Assembly: GCA_963748015.1 (NCBI GenBank)
Contig: CAVVHE010000004.1
Coordinates: 1,024,001-1,088,000 of the forward strand
Direction of reading: 5' to 3'
DNA: 64,000 nucleotides
Origin: Terriglobia bacterium
Lineage (GTDB): Bacteria; Acidobacteriota; Polarisedimenticolia; Polarisedimenticolales; JAIQFR01
A program made the translations under genes and the position numbers. Shown here piece after piece: positions 9,350-18,925 of this stretch. The notes under the pieces were generated by a model. That model saw only the letters and a program-made list of their open reading frames with translations. It was not told where the DNA came from and did not search any database. Every line of letters starts with the position of its first letter. Position 1 is the first letter of the stretch.

Positions 9350-11680
9350 ATGGACGTGTCGAGCCGGCGTCCGAAGAAGCGCCACGGCCTCGGCGAGGTG
9401 GTCGGGATCCTCCTCCTGACGCTCGCCGCGCTGGTCGTCGTCGCGCTGGCGACCTACGACACGGCCGACCCCAGCCTGTTCCACTGGCTGCCGTCGCCGC
9501 GGCCGACCCACAACTGGACCGGCTGGGTCGGGGCGTCCATCGCCGAGGGGCTCGTCCAGTGCTTCGGCCTGGCCGCGTTCCTGGTCCCCCTGATCCTGGC
9601 CCTCCTGGGGTGGACCCGCCTCAAGGGCCAGGGGGTCGCGGCGTCTTACGAGAAGCTCCTCGGATACGCGGTGGTGCTGGTGTCGCTGTCCGCGCTCCTC
9701 GACCTGCTCTACGGCTCGGTGGCGTTCGGCGGCTGGACCCCGTCCGCGGGAGGCGAGCTCGTCGGCCGAGGGGTCGCGAGCGCTCTGCTGGCCCTGCTCG
9801 GAGGCGGCGGCGCGCTGATCGCGGCCGTCGGGATCCTCGCGGCCGGGATCGTCCTCGCGACGCGGTTCTCCTTCATCCGCGCCGGAGGGGTCCTCTTCCA
9901 GGCGTTCGCCGCGCTGGCACGGCGCCTCGCCGCGCGCCTCGCCGCCTTCCGCGAGGCGAGACGGCGCGCGGCCCAGAAGCGCGCGTTGATCAAGAAGCAC
10001 GCGAAGCGGGCGACGGCGCCCGGGTCGGCGGCCGAAGCGGCCGACGCGGCGCAGGCTCAGGCCGAGGAGAAGCCGCGCCCGTCCATCCGCGTCCCGCAGG
10101 ACCCGGAGGTCGTGACGGCGAAACCGGCCCGCCCCCCGATCCAGGTGGCCGCCCCGCCGAAGCCCGCCGCGCCCTCCCAGCGCCAGCCCGCGCTCCCCAT
10201 GGATCGAGGCGACGGCGGGATCGCCCTGCCTCCGATCGAGCTCCTCAACGAGGCGGCGCCGCAGCAGGGAGAGGACGAGAAGGAGCTCCTCGCCCGCGCC
10301 CGCCAGATCACCGAGAAGCTGAGGGAGTTCTCCCTCGAGGGGAGCGTCGTCGCGATCCATCCCGGCCCGGTGGTCACCACGTTCGAGTTCAAGCCCGAGG
10401 CGGGGGTCAAGTACTCGAGGGTCACGGGGCTCGTGGACGACCTGTGTCTCGCCCTCAAGGCGGAATCGGTCCGGATCGACCGGATGCCCGGACGATCGAC
10501 GATCGGCGTCGAGGTCCCGAACCGTCACCAGGAGACGATCTACCCGAGGGACCTCATCGGGTCGGAGCGCTTCAAGAACTCGAAATCCAAGCTCACGTTG
10601 GTGCTCGGGAAGGACATCAGCGGCGGCGTGTTCACCGCGGAGCTCGACCGGATGCCGCACCTCCTGATCGCCGGAGCGACCGGCGCCGGGAAGTCCGTCG
10701 GCTTGAACGGCATGATCGCGAGCATCCTGTACAAGGCCACGCCGCGCGACGTCCGGTTCATCATGATCGACACCAAGATGATCGAGCTGGGGATCTACGC
10801 GGATATCCCCCACCTCCTGGTGCCCGTCGTCACCGACCCGAAGGCCGCCTCCACGGCGCTGAAGTGGGGAGTGCGCGAGATGGAGCAGCGCTACCGGAAG
10901 CTCGCCTCGGTAGGCGTGCGCAACATCGAGCAGTTCAACGCCCTCCTGGAGCAGGAGCCCGGCCGCACGATGAAGGACGCGCGGACGGGACAGGAGGTCG
11001 CGCTCGGGCGCCTCGCCTACATCGTGATCGTGATCGACGAGATGGCCGACCTGATGATGGTGTCGTCGGCGGACGTCGAGGAATCGGTGATGCGGCTCGC
11101 CCAGATGGCGCGCGCGGTCGGGATCCACATGATCCTCGCCACGCAGCGCCCGTCGGTGGACGTGATCACCGGCACGATCAAGGCCAACTTCCCCGCGAGG
11201 ATCGCCTACCGCGTCTCGCAGCGCGTGGACTCCCGCACGATCATCGACCAGGGAGGGGCCGAGCAGCTCCTCGGCCGCGGCGACATGCTCTTCCTCCCGT
11301 CCGGCTCGTCCCGTCTCATCCGTCTCCACGGCGGGTTCGTCACCGAGACCGAGCTGAACCGCGTCACCGCCTTCCTCAAGAAGCAGGCGAAGCCGGTTTA
11401 CGACGAGTCCGTCCTGCGGGAGCCCGAGGAGGATCGTCCGGGGTTCGACGCCGGCGAGCGGGACACGATGTTCCTCGACGCGGTGCGGATGGTTCTCCAG
11501 GAGGGGCAGTGCTCGATCACGCTGATCCAGCGCCGGCTGCGGCTCGGCTACGCCCGCGCGGCGCGGATCGTGGACATGATGGAGCAGGACGGGATCATCG
11601 GCCCCGCCGACGGGAGCAAGCCTCGGGAAGTCCTCGTGGGGCCCGAGATCCTCGAGACCCTCGAGGCCCCCCGGCCGTGA
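9350..11680 (+). CDS. ftsK: DNA translocase FtsK/SpoIIIE
   Basis: N-terminal TM domain, MPHLLIAGATGAGKSV, IDEMADLM, ATQRPSVDVITG and gamma domain QRRLRLGYARAARIVD. Confidence 0.97.
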   Translation: MDVSSRRPKKRHGLGEVVGILLLTLAALVVVALATYDTADPSLFHWLPSPRPTHNWTGWVGASIAEGLVQCFGLAAFLVPLILALLGWTRLKGQGVAASYEKLLGYAVVLVSLSALLDLLYGSVAFGGWTPSAGGELVGRGVASALLALLGGGGALIAAVGILAAGIVLATRFSFIRAGGVLFQAFAALARRLAARLAAFREARRRAAQKRALIKKHAKRATAPGSAAEAADAAQAQAEEKPRPSIRVPQDPEVVTAKPARPPIQVAAPPKPAAPSQRQPALPMDRGDGGIALPPIELLNEAAPQQGEDEKELLARARQITEKLREFSLEGSVVAIHPGPVVTTFEFKPEAGVKYSRVTGLVDDLCLALKAESVRIDRMPGRSTIGVEVPNRHQETIYPRDLIGSERFKNSKSKLTLVLGKDISGGVFTAELDRMPHLLIAGATGAGKSVGLNGMIASILYKATPRDVRFIMIDTKMIELGIYADIPHLLVPVVTDPKAASTALKWGVREMEQRYRKLASVGVRNIEQFNALLEQEPGRTMKDARTGQEVALGRLAYIVIVIDEMADLMMVSSADVEESVMRLAQMARAVGIHMILATQRPSVDVITGTIKANFPARIAYRVSQRVDSRTIIDQGGAEQLLGRGDMLFLPSGSSRLIRLHGGFVTETELNRVTAFLKKQAKPVYDESVLREPEEDRPGFDAGERDTMFLDAVRMVLQEGQCSITLIQRRLRLGYARAARIVDMMEQDGIIGPADGSKPREVLVGPEILETLEAPRP

Positions 11681-13556
11681 GGCGCGGCGCGACCCGGCTG
11701 CGCTCCGGGCCGGCCTCCCTCTCCGCCGCCGCCCGCGCCGCGATCGCCGCCGCGGCGATCGTGCTGGCCGCCGTCGTCTCGCACGCCCCGCTCCGTCACG
11801 CCGGGTACGTGCAGGACGACCACCTCGCCGTCGAGGGGAACACCGCCGTCGCCCGCGGCCAACTCGACGCGATCTTCGCCGGCTCGTACTGGGAGGGGGC
11901 GCGAGGCGACGACCGGACGCTGTACCGGCCGGTCACGATCCTGAGCTTCGCGATCGAGCGGAAGCTGACGGGAGAGCCCGATCCGTTCGTCTCGCACCTC
12001 GTCAACGTCCTCCTGCACGCGCTCGCCGCCCTGGCGCTCGCGGCGCTCGCCCGCCGGATCGGCGCGTCCGATCTCGCGGCGGCCGGAGCGGGGCTCCTGT
12101 TCGCGCTGCACCCGGTCCTGACGGAGGCGGTGGCCAACGTCGTCGGCCGCGCCGAGATCCTGGCCGCGCTGCTCACCCTCTCGGCGCTCCTCGCGTACAG
12201 CGCGACCGGCGCCTGGGAGACGGCCGGCGGCGCGCCGCCCTCCCCGGTGCGCGTGGGCCGGGCGCGTATGGCGGCCTGGGGGAGCGCGGCCCTCGTCTTC
12301 CTCGCCCTCGGATCGAAGGAGACGGCGATCGCGGGAGTCGGCCTGCTCCTCGTGCTCGATCTTCTATTCCGTCCCCGCCCCCGGGAAGCGGCCCGCGCCA
12401 TCCTCGTGGACCGCGCGGCCGCGCTCGCGCCCGTGGCACTCGCCGTGGCGCTCCACCTCATCCTGAGGGTCCGCGCGCTCCAGGGGTTGATCCTCGCGCA
12501 GACGGTTCCCGCGGTGGACAACCCCCTGGTCCGGCTCGACGGGATCGAAAGGCTCGCGACCTCCCTGTCCATCGCCGCGCGGTACGCGAGACTCATCCTC
12601 CTCCCCGTGCGGCTGTCGGCGGACTACTCGGGGAACGTCATCGCGGCGGAGAGCAGCGTATTCTCCCCGCGCCCGCTCGCGGGTCTGCTGTTCCTCGCGG
12701 CGTGGGTCCTGCTGGCGCTGCTGCCGGTTCTCGTCGCGCTGCGCCGCCGCGGGACGGTGACGGCGGCCCCCCTGCTGCCCCGCCAGCTCGCGCTCTGCGC
12801 GGCGCTGTTCCTTCTCCCCTACCTGGTCGTCGGCAACCTCCTCTTCCCGGTCGGCGCGGGAATGGCCGAGCGGTTTCTCTATCTCCCGTCCACGGGATTC
12901 TGCCTGCTCCTCGCGGTCCTGATGGGGAGGCTCTTCGAGGGAGAGATCGCGTTCGTCCCCGCCAGCCTCTCGCAGCTCCGCCGGCTGGTCGGCCTCGCGT
13001 TCGCGCTCCTCCTCGCCGGCTTCGCGATCCGGACCGCTTCGCGCTGCGTCGAGTGGCGGAGCGACCGGACCATCTTCGAGGCGGCGGCGCGGGTCAACCC
13101 CGAGAGCCCCCGCGCCCACTACATCGTCGCGACCCTCGACGCGAGGGAGGGCAAGACGGCGGAGGCGCTCGACCGGATCGAGCTTGCGCTCCGTCTCTGG
13201 CCCGACTATCTCCCCGGTTGGGTCCAGAAAGGAGTCCTCCTCGGACAGCTCGGCGACATCGCCGGGGCCGAGGCGGCCTGCCGCGAGGCGACCCGCGTCG
13301 GCCCCTCCTACGGCCGGGGCCATTCCAATCTTGGCCTCGCCCTCCACCGCCTCGGCCGCCTCGCCGACGCGGAGCGCTCCCTCCGCAAGGCCGTTCTCTG
13401 GGATGCCTCGCTCGACCAGGCGTGGGCGGAGCTGGGAAACGTCCTGTTCGAGCAGCGGCGCTACGCCCGGGCCGCCGACGCCTACGCGCGCGCCGCGCCC
13501 TCGGCCGCTCGGCGGTGAGCGGTCGCCTCAAGGAAGCCCGCCGCCTTGCCGGCTAG
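11677..13556 (+). CDS. TMTC-like GT-C glycosyltransferase with TPRs (copy 2); probable frameshift near 13490
   Basis: YVQDD, LYRP, HLVNVLLH, LFALHP...GRAE, SKE, AERFLYLP, TPRs. The main frame stops at 13518. The tail matching copy 1 (ALGR...) continues in another frame to 13556. Confidence 0.8.
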
Positions 13557-13564
13557 GGTGGCCG

Positions 13565-13726
13565 CCGGACGAGCACGGTCGGCTCCCCGCCCCTCGCGGC
13601 ACGTTTCGGCGTTGCGCGGCGAGAGCCGCCGCGCCGCCTCACTCCGGTTTTCGCGCGGTCGTCCAGGGAATAGACGACCGCGCGAAAACAGGGCCGCGAG
13701 GGGGGGAGCCGACCGCGCTCGTCCGG
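13565..13726 (-). repeat. Structured three-way-junction intergenic element, copy A
   Basis: Near-perfect closing stem of about 34 bp (13565-13600 / 13693-13726) encloses two hairpins. Junction sequences are shared with copies B and C at 63.4-63.9 kb. Confidence 0.8.
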
Positions 13727-13740
13727 AGGAGTGGGCCGGG

Positions 13741-14823
13741 TCAGGAGGGTCGGCGCCAGATTCCCGGAATGGGAGTGGAGCAGTCCGGGCAGGCGCCGTC
13801 GGCGCGCAGGCGGTTCGACAGGACCTGGAAGCCGCGCCGCTCGATCAGGATCGCGCCGCAGCCGTGGCAGCGCGTGTCCTCGAGCCCGGCCGTACGTCCG
13901 GGGAGGTTCCCGGCGTACACGTAGCGGATCCCCGCCTCCCGGCCGGCCTCCACCGCGCGCAGCAGGTCCTCGACCCGCGTGTCGCCGCCGCCGGTCATCC
14001 GGTAGTCCTCGTGGAACGCCGTGACGTGCCACGGGATGTCGGGCGACACCTCCGCGACGAACGACGCGATGTCCCGCAGCTCCTCCCTCGAGTCGTTGAA
14101 CCCCGGGACCACGAGCGTGACCACCTCGACCCAGAACTTCTTCTCGCGGAGCAGGCGGATGGTGTCGAGCACCACCTGCAGCCTCCCGCCGAGCGCGCGG
14201 TAGGACGCGTCGCGAAACGACTTCAGGTCCACCTTGAAGAGCTCGGCGTGGGGGCGGAGGTAATCGAGGACCTCGGGGGTGCCGTTCCCGTTGGAGACGT
14301 AGCCGCACAGCATCCCCTCGCGCTTCGCGAGAGCGAACACCTCGACCGCCCACTCGGTCGTGATGAGCGGCTCGTTGTAGGTGCTGACGACCACCGGGGC
14401 GCGCCTCGAGCGGGCGAGGTCCACGATCTGCCCGGCCGACACGTCCCTCGGCTTGGCCAGGGCCTCGCGGTCCCGCAGCGTCTGCGAGGTGAGCCAGTTC
14501 TGGCAGTAGGCGCAGTGGAAATCGCAGCCGAGCATTCCGAACGACACCGCCTCCGCGCCGGGAAGCACGTGGAAGAACGGCTTCTTCTCGATCGGGTCCA
14601 CGGCCAGCCCGGCGACGTACCCCGCCGGGACCCGGAGCACGCCGTCCCGGTTGAATCGGATCCTGCAAATCCCGTCGTGCCCCTCGGGGATGAGGCAGCG
14701 GTGGCCGCACGCGTGGCATCGCACCTTTCGCCCCTCGAGCGGCTCGTAGAGCGCACCCGGCCGGGTCCGCCTCAGGAGCTCGTCCCCCAAGCTCGCGACC
14801 GCCGGATCGGTGGGTCTCGGCAT
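13741..14823 (-). CDS. amrS: AmmeMemoRadiSam-system radical SAM enzyme
   Basis: N-terminal CHACGHRC...GICRIR, DPIEKKPFFH, GCDFHCAYCQN, TYNEP, YVYAGN, and C-terminal CxxC motifs. Confidence 0.9.
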   Translation of the reverse strand: MPRPTDPAVASLGDELLRRTRPGALYEPLEGRKVRCHACGHRCLIPEGHDGICRIRFNRDGVLRVPAGYVAGLAVDPIEKKPFFHVLPGAEAVSFGMLGCDFHCAYCQNWLTSQTLRDREALAKPRDVSAGQIVDLARSRRAPVVVSTYNEPLITTEWAVEVFALAKREGMLCGYVSNGNGTPEVLDYLRPHAELFKVDLKSFRDASYRALGGRLQVVLDTIRLLREKKFWVEVVTLVVPGFNDSREELRDIASFVAEVSPDIPWHVTAFHEDYRMTGGGDTRVEDLLRAVEAGREAGIRYVYAGNLPGRTAGLEDTRCHGCGAILIERRGFQVLSNRLRADGACPDCSTPIPGIWRRPS

Positions 14824-14895
14824 GACCGGCCTCCGCGTTCGAATCGAGTGTAGCGCAAGCCGCGGGATGCGCGGCGGACGATCGCGGGCGCGAGG

Positions 14896-15056
14896 GTCGG
14901 CCCGGGGCGCCGGTGGCTTTTTAGCTCTGTGAGCTTGCCCTGAAGGGGCGGAAACCCTTCGGCATCCGGGAACGACCTTGCCGATAATGTCGTCCTTTAG
15001 GGTCCCGGAGTCAACGTGGAAAACCCGGAAAAGCCACTAGCCGCGACCATTTTTTT
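14896..15056. ncRNA. Candidate multi-branched structured RNA, family unassigned
   Basis: Closing stem GGTGGCTTTT/AAAAGCCACT encloses three hairpins and is followed by a T run on the + strand. Lower GC than flanking genes. Confidence 0.45.
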
Positions 15057-15083
15057 GCGGCGACGGGGTGCTAGGATGACCGG

Positions 15084-16687
15084 ATGACGAAGGCCGCCTC
15101 GAGATGCGCCGCCCCGGCGCTCGCGCTCGCAGCCCTCGTCCTCCTGCCGTTCCTCGGCAAGGCCTTCACGATCGACGACACCCTCTTCCTGCAGCAGGCC
15201 GAGCACCTGCTGACCGACCCGCTGCACCCGACCGCGTTCGAGACGGTCTGGTCGGAGCTCGCGGCGCCGCTCAGGATGTCCTCGATCATGCCGAGCGGCC
15301 CCGTCATGGCGTACCTCCTGGTGCCCTGTGTCCGGCTCGGGGGCGCCGAGTGGCTCGCGCACCTCGAGCAGCTCGTGTTCTTCTGCCTCGCGATCCTCGC
15401 GACGGCGGGCATCGCGCTCCGGCTCGGTCTCCCGAAGGAAGCCGCGCTGGCGGCGGCCCTCCTGCTCGCCGCCACCCCGGCCGCCCTCGCCATGGCGGCC
15501 ACCGCGATGCCCGACGTGCCGGCGATGGCCCTCGGGGCTCTCGGCATCGAGCGCCTCCTGGCCTGGAAGGAAACGCGACGATGGCCCGCGGGTGTCGCCG
15601 CGGCCGCGCTCCTCGCGCTCGCCGCGCTCGCCCGGTCCCATCTCCTGCTCCTCCTCGGCGTCGCGATCCTGCTCCTGCCCGGCGCCGCCGCCGGCCGGCG
15701 GAGCTGGCGCGAGGTCCCGCGCCCCGCGTGGATCCCGATCGTCGCCGCGCCGCTCGTCGTCCTTGCCGTCGTGCTGATCACGCGCGACCCGGAGGGGCGC
15801 TCCCTGGCCTTCGCCGGCTCGACGCTCGGCTTCAACTCCCCCGCCAACCTCGCGCAGGAACGTCACGGCCTTCGCGGTTCACTGGACGCTGGTGCTCCCC
15901 CTCGCGCTCCCGTGGGCGGCGTCGCGCTGGCGGGCTCATCGTCCGCCAGCCGTTCCCGTACGTGGCGACGCTCGCCGCGGCGGCCGTCCTTCTGCGTGAA
16001 GGGGCAGCGCACCGCGTGTTCTTCCTCGCGCCCGCGGCCGGTCTCGGCGCGGGCGTCCTGTGGGACGTGCTCTCCGACGGCTGGCGCCGGAGGGACCGCG
16101 TTCAGACGGCTCTCGGCGCCTGGCTGCTCATCGCGCTGCCGGTCACGATCTACCTCCACATGCCCTCGAAGTACCTCCTGGCCTCCGCCCCGGCCGCCGC
16201 GATCCTCGTGGCGCGACGGCTGGCGGAAGCACCGCGGCGCCTTTCGATGGCCCTCCTTGGAGCCACGATCGCCGCCGGGATCCTGCTGGGCGTCCTGATC
16301 GTCCGGGCGGATGCGGCGTTCGCGGCCCTCGGCCGGCGGGCCGCGGTCGAGCTGATCGCTCCCAACGTGGCCGCGGGGAAGAACGTGTGGTTCGCCGGCC
16401 ACTGGGGATTCCAGTGGTACGCTGAGAAAGCGGGCGCGCGCTGCCTCACGACGACGACGCCCCCGCGCCGGGGCGACCTGGCCGTGTCGAGCCGCGTCGG
16501 GTTGGGCCAGGCCATCAAATTCTTCCCGCGCCGCGAGCTGGTCGCGGCGCTCGAGGAGTCGCGGCCGGGGGGACGGATCATGAGCAGGAAGCTCGGCTGC
16601 GGCTTCTTCTCGAACTACTGGGGTTATCTTCCCTGGGCGTGGGGCGACGACCTCCTCGACCGTTACGATCTTTGGCGGCTGGAGTAA
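15084..16687 (+). CDS. GT-C (ArnT/PMT-like) membrane glycosyltransferase, two apparent frameshifts at about 15855 and 15935
   Basis: KAFTIDDTLF, MPDVP, multiple TM helices, SKYLL...P, GHWGFQWY. The coding frame switches twice. Confidence 0.7.
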
Positions 16688-16690
16688 TCC

Positions 16691-18925
16691 ATGGGCTGGT
16701 TCTTCGCGTTCTTCCTCCTGTCCGGGTTCTGCGGGCTGGTCTACCAGGTCGTCTGGCTCCGCGTCGCGATGGCGGCCTTCGGCGTGACGACCCCGCTCGT
16801 CTCGATCGTCCTCTCGGTGTTCATGGCCGGGCTGGCGGCCGGGAGCTGGGGAGGAGGTCGGCTCGCGGCGCGTCTCGATCGGCTCGGCGCCGGCGGGTTC
16901 CTCCGCCTTTACGCCGGGACCGAGCTCCTGATCGGCCTCTCCGGCATCGCGGTCGCGCCCCTGCTCGGTTGGGGACGCGCGGTGCTGGCGTCGCCGGGCG
17001 GCGAAGCGGCATGGGGCTCGTCGAGCTATTACCTGGCCTCCGCCGCCTGGGTCGCCGCCGCCCTCCTGCCGTTCTGCTTCTGCATGGGCGCGACCTTCCC
17101 GCTCGCGATGGCGGGGATCAGGGCCGCATATCCCGAGTCGTCGAAGCGCTCCTTCAGCTTCCTCTACGTCGCGAACGTCCTCGGCGCGATGGCCGGGGCG
17201 CTCGGCTCGGCGTTCGTCCTGATCGAGCTCCTCGGATTCCGCAAGACGCTGCTCGTCGCCGCGGCGGTCAATGCCCTGGTCGCGGCGATGGCGCTCGCCG
17301 TCTCGAGACGGACCGGCGCCCATGCGGCTCCCGAGCCCCCGTCCCGCGGCCGTGCCCCGTCCCTCGGCGCGACCGCTCCGGCGGAGACCGGCAGGCTCGG
17401 CCTGGCGTTCCTCTTCACCACGGGGCTCGTGAGCCTCGCGCTCGAGGTGGTCTGGACCCGCCAGTTCGTTCCGTTCCAGGGGCCGGTCGTCTACTCCTTC
17501 GCGACGATGCTCGCGGTGTACCTCGCCGCGACCGCGATCGGATCGCGGGTGTATCGCGCTCGCGCCTCGAGGCTCGGCCCGGCGTCCGTCGGGTTCCCCT
17601 GGGTCCTCGCGGGCGTCTTGGCGGGTGCCGTCGGTCTTCTCGCGCTGCTCGCCGCGGACCCGCGCATCCCGCTCCCCTACGGGCTGCTGTCGGGCGCGAT
17701 CCGCGTCGCTGTCGGCATCGGGCCCTTCTGCGCGGTGATGGGTTTCTTCACGCCGATGCTGGTCGATCTCGTCTCCGCGGGAAATCCCGACCGCGCGGGA
17801 ACGGCGTACGCGGTGAACACCCTCGGCTGCATCGCCGGTCCCCTCCTCTCCGGGTTCGTCCTCCTGCCGTTCCTCGGAGAGCGCTGGACGACCGTGCTGC
17901 TGGTCCTGCCGCTGTTCGCCCTCGCCGCCGCGGGCCGGAGCGCCGGAGCGGTCAAGACTCCCCTCGGAGCGCGCGCGGCGGGGCCGGTCGTCGCCGCGGT
18001 CGCCGGCGCGGCCATCCTGATCTTCCTGACGAAGGACCTCGAGACGATGTACCCCAAGCGCGTCGTGCGCCGCGACCACACCGCGACGGTCATCGCGACC
18101 GGCGAGGGGATGCAGAAGAGCCTCTTCGTGAACGGCCAGGGGATCACGAACCTCACGCCGATCACCAAGATGATGGCCCACCTCCCGCTGGCCATGCTCG
18201 ACCGGCCGCCTAAGAACGGGCTGGTGCTGTGCCTCGGGATGGGAACGTCGTACCGCTCGATGCTCACGTGGGGGATCCCGGCCACCGTCGTCGAGCTGGT
18301 GCCGAGCATCCCGTCGCTCCTCGGCTACTACCACGCCGACGGCGACGCGGTGCGGAGCAACCCGCGCGGGCGCATCGTGGTGGACGACGCGCGGCGGTTC
18401 CTGGAGCGCTCCGGCGAGACGTACGACGTCATCGTCGTGGACCCGCCCCCTCCCCCCGAGGCGGCGGCTTCGAGCCTTCTCTACTCGACGGAGTTCTACG
18501 ACAGCGTGCGGCGGCGGCTCGCTCCCGGAGGGATCCTCCAGCAGTGGCTCCCCGAGGGGGAGAAGATCGTGGTCTCCTCGGCGGCGAAATCGCTGGCCGC
18601 GCGATTTCCCTACGTCCGGGTCTTCCGCTCCGTCGAGGGCTGGGGCTTCCACTTCCTGGCGAGCGACCGCCCGCTTCCGAGCCGTACCGCCTCCGAGCTG
18701 GCCCAGCGCCTCCCCGCCGACGCGGCGAAGGACCTCGTGGAGTGGGGGCCGGCCCAGATTCCCGAGCGCCAGCTCGTCGCGGTCATCGGGCGAGAGCTGT
18801 CCTTCTCGTCGGTGATCGGCCTTTACGGGGACGCGCCGCTCCTGACCGACGACCGTCCCGTCAACGAGTACTACTTCCTCCGTCGACTGACGAACCCGGA
18901 GGCGACGGTGTGGACGTACCGCTAG
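16691..18925 (+). CDS. Fused membrane (MFS-like)/spermidine-synthase-like SAM-dependent protein (copy 1)
   Basis: SGFCGLVYQVVW, MGATFP, YVANVLGA, then CLGMG, VELVP, DDARRFL, YDVIVVD, LYSTEFY, TDDRP. Confidence 0.85.
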   Translation: MGWFFAFFLLSGFCGLVYQVVWLRVAMAAFGVTTPLVSIVLSVFMAGLAAGSWGGGRLAARLDRLGAGGFLRLYAGTELLIGLSGIAVAPLLGWGRAVLASPGGEAAWGSSSYYLASAAWVAAALLPFCFCMGATFPLAMAGIRAAYPESSKRSFSFLYVANVLGAMAGALGSAFVLIELLGFRKTLLVAAAVNALVAAMALAVSRRTGAHAAPEPPSRGRAPSLGATAPAETGRLGLAFLFTTGLVSLALEVVWTRQFVPFQGPVVYSFATMLAVYLAATAIGSRVYRARASRLGPASVGFPWVLAGVLAGAVGLLALLAADPRIPLPYGLLSGAIRVAVGIGPFCAVMGFFTPMLVDLVSAGNPDRAGTAYAVNTLGCIAGPLLSGFVLLPFLGERWTTVLLVLPLFALAAAGRSAGAVKTPLGARAAGPVVAAVAGAAILIFLTKDLETMYPKRVVRRDHTATVIATGEGMQKSLFVNGQGITNLTPITKMMAHLPLAMLDRPPKNGLVLCLGMGTSYRSMLTWGIPATVVELVPSIPSLLGYYHADGDAVRSNPRGRIVVDDARRFLERSGETYDVIVVDPPPPPEAAASSLLYSTEFYDSVRRRLAPGGILQQWLPEGEKIVVSSAAKSLAARFPYVRVFRSVEGWGFHFLASDRPLPSRTASELAQRLPADAAKDLVEWGPAQIPERQLVAVIGRELSFSSVIGLYGDAPLLTDDRPVNEYYFLRRLTNPEATVWTYR

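Noticed and set aside
7256..11329. Very long antisense or alternate-frame ORFs (e.g. 7256-11329, 15863-18934, 23962-27063, 52411-55476, 56407-59364)
   Set aside because: Shadow ORFs expected in high-GC DNA. They overlap well-supported genes and have low-complexity Arg/Gly/Pro composition.
8965..13518. Apparent giant fusion ORFs (8965-13518, 38826-42491, 55487-58672, 60256-62949, 3458-5833)
   Set aside because: Only the C-terminal parts are real genes. The N-terminal extensions are off-frame read-through of upstream genes.
13565..13726. Calling the three-way-junction element a hammerhead ribozyme
   Set aside because: The topology and the GA-stem-GAAAC in copy A are similar, but the core is CGGAGYGA rather than CUGANGA. 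There is no NUH site paired to GAAAC, and copies B and C have GAGC.
14896..15056. Assignment as a c-di-GMP-I or Moco riboswitch, 6S RNA or tRNA
   Set aside because: Only fragmentary resemblance by eye. The required conserved cores could not be matched, so it is left unassigned.
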